A DNA stretch of 64,000 nucleotides from Thermoproteota archaeon (lineage in GTDB: Archaea; Korarchaeota; Korarchaeia; Korarchaeales; Korarchaeaceae): NCBI GenBank assembly GCA_015522685.1, contig WALU01000029.1, positions 2,042 to 66,041 on the forward strand, written 5' to 3'. The translations under genes were made by a program, and so were the position numbers. Shown here in pieces: positions 60,230 through 64,000 of the stretch; the stretch's first letter is position 1, and each line of letters starts with the position of its first letter. The notes beneath the pieces were generated by a model. The model was not told the origin of the DNA. It saw nothing but the letters and a program-made list of their open reading frames with translations, and ran no database searches.

Positions 60230-60851
60230 ATATCTTTTAGTTACGGTTCAATTACTAAAGCTTTTGCTACCTAGATCCTTCAATGAGATAGGAGACCACA
60301 CCCCTTCAGGCTGAATAGAAGCTTAAGGCTAGATCTTACTCACCGTAGGCTCTAGTAAGGTAAAAGCGAATTATGCGAAGCCTTCCCATGCCCGTCAGTT
60401 CATCGTCCATCCCAGACAGCCTCGCTAAGAAGCTCTCTTTAGATAATTGGAACTATAAGATCTCCTGCTTATGCATTAAAATGTCCTGTTTGCTATCTGG
60501 TAAGGGATCCTTGGCTCAGGCTTAAGATCAAGGCCTCTAAGAATTGTTATTCCTGCTTTATCTATAGAAAGAGTCTTAAATAGTCATAAAACAGCGTATT
60601 TGAGATCACCTGACCAGAATGTAAATTCAGGATATCAGGTACTCAGTTGAGGAAAAGTCCGGTGTATACCAATCAGCTAAGAAAAATAGCCTTTTCCAGA
60701 TAAAAGATTCTTGAATATCGGGTCAATAAGCGAGCATTTCTTCCTATGCCTAATGTTAGTTAAATGTAGTATATTTAAATTTAATTTAAGATTACACCCT
60801 TTTATGGGAAAAGTGTATTAGTATTTCTTTCCTATCATTCTAGGATGAAAC

Positions 60852-62363
60852 ATGAAAGTCATGCTGATAAATCCTCCAACTACCTCAGAGATAAAAAGCG
60901 TTTTGGGAGTCAATGGGGTTCCCTTGGGACTTGCATATCTGGCTTCCGTCGCTAGAAATGAGGGACATGAGGTAAAGTTCTTAGATGCTTCTGCTGAGAG
61001 CATAGATCTAAAATCTCTTAAGAGTAGAATAAGAAACTTTTATCCTGATCTAGTCGGAGTAACGGCAACTACTCCTGCTTTCTATGATGCATGTGATGTA
61101 GCTAGAGTTTCTAAAGACGTAAATGAGAGTATAATCACTGTGATAGGAGGTCCTCACGTTACATTCGTGCCTAGGTACACGCTGAAGAAGTGCCCCTACT
61201 TAGATATTGTAGTTAGAGGAGAGGGTGAAATAACATTCAAGGAAATTCTAAATTCTCTAAAGAAATCCGGTGAAAATGTAGATTTATTAAATAGCATTTT
61301 GGGGCTGACTTACAGGAGGAAGGATGAAAAGATAGTTCAAAATCCTCCAAGGCCTCTCATACCAAACATAGACGATCTACTAATCCCTTCTTTTGATCTC
61401 ATAAACTGGGACGAATATAAATATGGAAAGTTGAGGTATGGCGTTATTATGACCTCTAGAGGATGTCCCTTCAATTGCGTGTTCTGCTCATCTTCGCTCC
61501 AGTTCGGAAAGAAATGGAGAGGACATAGTGTAGAGAGAGTAATTAAGGAAATAAAGATTCTCCATGATGATTTCAATATAAGTGAGATAGAGTTCCTAGA
61601 TGATACCTTCACCTTGAACAGAAAGAGGGCCCAGCAGATCTCTGATGAAATGGTTAAGGAGGGGATAGATGTATCATGGTCCGCATCCTCTAGGGTAAAT
61701 ACAATTGATAGGAAAACAGCCGAAAAGATGAAGAAGGCTGGAGCCCATACAATTTACTTCGGGATAGAGTCAGGGACCCAGAGGATCCTGAATTTCATTG
61801 GGAAGGGTATAACTCTAGAGCAAGCAATCAAAGCAGTTAAAACAGTAGTAAAAGTTGGGCTTAATAGCCTGGGTTCATTTATAATAGGTTTTCCAATAGA
61901 GAAGAAAGATGATATATATCGAACTGTGAAATTTGCCAAGAAGCTCAATGTCTCCTATGCCCAGTTTACAATAGCGACCCCTTATCCAGGTACTAGGCTT
62001 TGGTACTATGCGCTTAAGAACAAGCTCCTCAAAACCCTTAACTGGAGGCTCTACACCACCACTCACTCTGTAATGAAGAGCTTTTACCTTACCACTGAGC
62101 AGATAGAGAGGGCGCTCATTAGAGCCTATCTCTCTTTCTACTTGAGGCCTAAGTATGCTGTGAGGGACCTCCTTAAAGGTAAACATTCTCTTCTAAGGAG
62201 AACGGCTCCTGCCATCATGAGATCTATCAGAACGCTGATGAAAGTGGGAGTATCTGAAGAGGAAACATTAAATGAGGAAGATCTTGAAGAAGTTTCACAA
62301 GAGCCGAGGGTGGAGTTTCCACTGATAGAGATATCTGAATTGCCAAAATCTAAAATATCATAA
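60852..62363 (+). CDS. B12-binding radical SAM protein, GDGT ring synthase (Grs)-like
   Basis: PLGLAYLAS, GGPHVT, RGEGE, TSRGCPFNCVFC, DDTF, YFGIESG, YAQFT.ATPYPGT, NW..YTT. Confidence 0.8.
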   Translation: MKVMLINPPTTSEIKSVLGVNGVPLGLAYLASVARNEGHEVKFLDASAESIDLKSLKSRIRNFYPDLVGVTATTPAFYDACDVARVSKDVNESIITVIGGPHVTFVPRYTLKKCPYLDIVVRGEGEITFKEILNSLKKSGENVDLLNSILGLTYRRKDEKIVQNPPRPLIPNIDDLLIPSFDLINWDEYKYGKLRYGVIMTSRGCPFNCVFCSSSLQFGKKWRGHSVERVIKEIKILHDDFNISEIEFLDDTFTLNRKRAQQISDEMVKEGIDVSWSASSRVNTIDRKTAEKMKKAGAHTIYFGIESGTQRILNFIGKGITLEQAIKAVKTVVKVGLNSLGSFIIGFPIEKKDDIYRTVKFAKKLNVSYAQFTIATPYPGTRLWYYALKNKLLKTLNWRLYTTTHSVMKSFYLTTEQIERALIRAYLSFYLRPKYAVRDLLKGKHSLLRRTAPAIMRSIRTLMKVGVSEEETLNEEDLEEVSQEPRVEFPLIEISELPKSKIS

Positions 62364-62802
62364 TTTTTACCTTAAATTTAGTTTAGATGTGGGTTAATTA
62401 TGATTATGGAGATTTCATGACCGATATTAATAACTTTATTTTAATTAAAACCGCTGTACCGCTTATTTTTAGGCCTAGGATGCAGGCTCGCTTTCTATAG
62501 AGCAGTTTAGGACTATGTTCCCTAAGCTTCTTAAAGTGCTTCCTACCAAGAGTGATTAGGATAAGCCCATTCGCTATAGGGATGGATTCTACACTATATC
62601 CCTGTTATCTAAGGCCTCACTTTTCCTCCTCAGATTAATTCATATCCTCATATACTATAAAGTCGTATTGATCATTATATTTTAGATTTATAGTAATATG
62701 AGCTTATATACTAGAATAGTAGGGTAATATGTACAAGCAATCAATAAAATTAAAGTCAAATTAATGCAAACTATTTTATTAGACGAATGGAACGATCGCT
62801 AG

Positions 62803-63888
62803 ATGACTGTCTCTCAGAAATTGAATGAACAACTGGAACCTCAAGCCTTTGCTGGGGACATATTCAAGATAATCAGCCATCCTGCTATGCAGGAGATTTA
62901 TAGGTTCAGGCATCGTGTTGCCGTGTCTATAAGGGAGTTTTTAGATAAGGAGGGCTTCGTGGAATTCGATCCTATAATGTTGGGGCCTATAACAGATCCA
63001 GGTACAAGAGGAGCCTCCGAGTTTCGAGTTTCCTACTATGGGAGGGAGTATAGGCTAATGAGGAGTGGTATCCTCTACAAGCAATTGTTAGCTTCGGCTA
63101 TGGAGGAGGGGAGGATATACTTCTTCTATCCTAACTTAAGGCATGAACCTATAGATGCTAACAAGACAGGACGCCATCTAGTTGAGTTCGTGCAAGTAGA
63201 CCTAGAAGTGAGAGATGTTGATCACTTCCAAGTGATGGAAATAGCTGAGAAGTTGCTCAAGCATGTGGTCAATGAGATGGAGAGATATGAGGACCGCCTG
63301 AGATCTGTATGGAAGTTCTTCGGCTCGGATAGGGAGAGTTTGCCTGATGTCAAGCTTCCTTTAGAGAGGATGACTCACAGAGAGGCGGTCGAACTGCTAA
63401 TGGAACAAGCTAGGAATGAGGGCATAGTAAAGGAGCTGAAGAGAAAGTTTGGAGTTAAGAGACCTCAAGATAGATTAAGCTTCAAGGCTGAAATCCCATG
63501 GGAATGGGAATGGTACTTATCTAGGATGCATGATCAGCCTTTTTTTGTTCATGATTATCCTAGGGGAGCTAGAGGCTTCTATGACCGTGAGTATCCTGGG
63601 AAACCTGGTATACTCATGGATTTCGACCTTATAGCTCCAGAAGGACATGGAGAACTTTCATCGGGGGCTGCTAGAGAGTATGAGATATTTAAGGTGTTCG
63701 CGAGGATGAGAGAGACCAATGAGAATCCTGAATTGTACAGATGGTATCTTCAATTTCTTCGAGATCATGGTAGACCGACGGCTGGTTTTGGCGTAGGTAT
63801 AGAGAGGCTTGTCAAGTATATCTGTGATTTACCATCAGTTCACTTGGCAAGGCCAGCGCCAAAGGTACCAGGGGTGTATTCACCATGA
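62803..63888 (+). CDS. asnA: AsnRS-like archaeal asparagine synthetase (class IIb catalytic core without an anticodon domain)
   Basis: No OB-fold N-domain; motif 2 R.EP.....TGRHL.EF.Q.D.E; GELSSGA.RE; motif 3 GFGVGIERLV. Confidence 0.82.
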   Translation: MTVSQKLNEQLEPQAFAGDIFKIISHPAMQEIYRFRHRVAVSIREFLDKEGFVEFDPIMLGPITDPGTRGASEFRVSYYGREYRLMRSGILYKQLLASAMEEGRIYFFYPNLRHEPIDANKTGRHLVEFVQVDLEVRDVDHFQVMEIAEKLLKHVVNEMERYEDRLRSVWKFFGSDRESLPDVKLPLERMTHREAVELLMEQARNEGIVKELKRKFGVKRPQDRLSFKAEIPWEWEWYLSRMHDQPFFVHDYPRGARGFYDREYPGKPGILMDFDLIAPEGHGELSSGAAREYEIFKVFARMRETNENPELYRWYLQFLRDHGRPTAGFGVGIERLVKYICDLPSVHLARPAPKVPGVYSP

Positions 63889-64000
63889 CAGATTATCCCA
63901 TCAATGAGATCTTCAGAAGAGCCAAGATGGGACGACTTGCGATTTATCCTCCTAAAGACGAATTCGGCTACAACGTGTTCGGTGCCGACGTCCATGCCAA
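63885..64000 (+). CDS. 5' end of a CDS truncated by the window edge (possibly an FMN glutamate-synthase-like subunit)
   Basis: ATGA overlap with the asnA stop; MTDYPINEIFRRAKMGRLAIYPP.. open to the end. Confidence 0.4.
   Translation, partial: MTDYPINEIFRRAKMGRLAIYPPKDEFGYNVFGADVHA

Noticed and set aside
60390-60430. Possible C/D-box sRNA (ACGATGA..CTGA on the minus strand)
   Set aside because: The boxes are adjacent with no guide spacing, and there is no second C'/D' pair.
62450-62640. EamA/DMT-like remnant
   Set aside because: Multiple stops; too weak to assign.
1-64000. CRISPR arrays, rRNA, IS transposases, ORB boxes, dif site
   Set aside because: I saw no regularly spaced repeats, long GC-rich RNA genes, DDE/HUH motifs, GTTCCAGTGGAA-type boxes or convincing 11-6-11 palindromes by eye.

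Overview
This is a gene-dense chromosomal window from a thermophilic archaeon, probably Korarchaeota or a related TACK lineage. The lineage is inferred from the gene repertoire: ATL-EndoV fusion, archaemetzincin, Cdc48, an AsnRS-like asparagine synthetase, a multi-intron tRNA, and TATA/leaderless promoters. Most content is housekeeping: etfBA, manC, argS, nth, a ttuA-like gene, tatD, trm5, DPM synthase plus a PMT-like glycosyltransferase, fprA, metF, ade, cdc48, leuACDB, a metal ABC transporter with NikR, serA/serC-like genes, mpg, xerA, a B12 radical SAM enzyme and asnA-like. I saw no CRISPR array, rRNA or intact transposase. Main observations: (1) An unannotated 14-16 aa Pro/Cys peptide mini-gene (56667-56717) has a strong SD, a TATA-like box, a T-rich terminator and an upstream 11-bp tandem repeat; it lies between two uncharacterised wHTH proteins, one with a possible inactive HExxH-like sensor domain. 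(2) tRNA-Trp(CCA) carries two introns. (3) Four near-identical DNA patches are shared between the two AAA domains of cdc48. (4) An alkaline-phosphatase-like domain is fused to SerA, with its start in a different frame. (5) leuA has no in-frame start codon near its SD. (6) The B12 radical SAM protein resembles GDGT ring synthases. (7) Several decayed genes are present. All family assignments come from motifs read by eye; no database searches were run.
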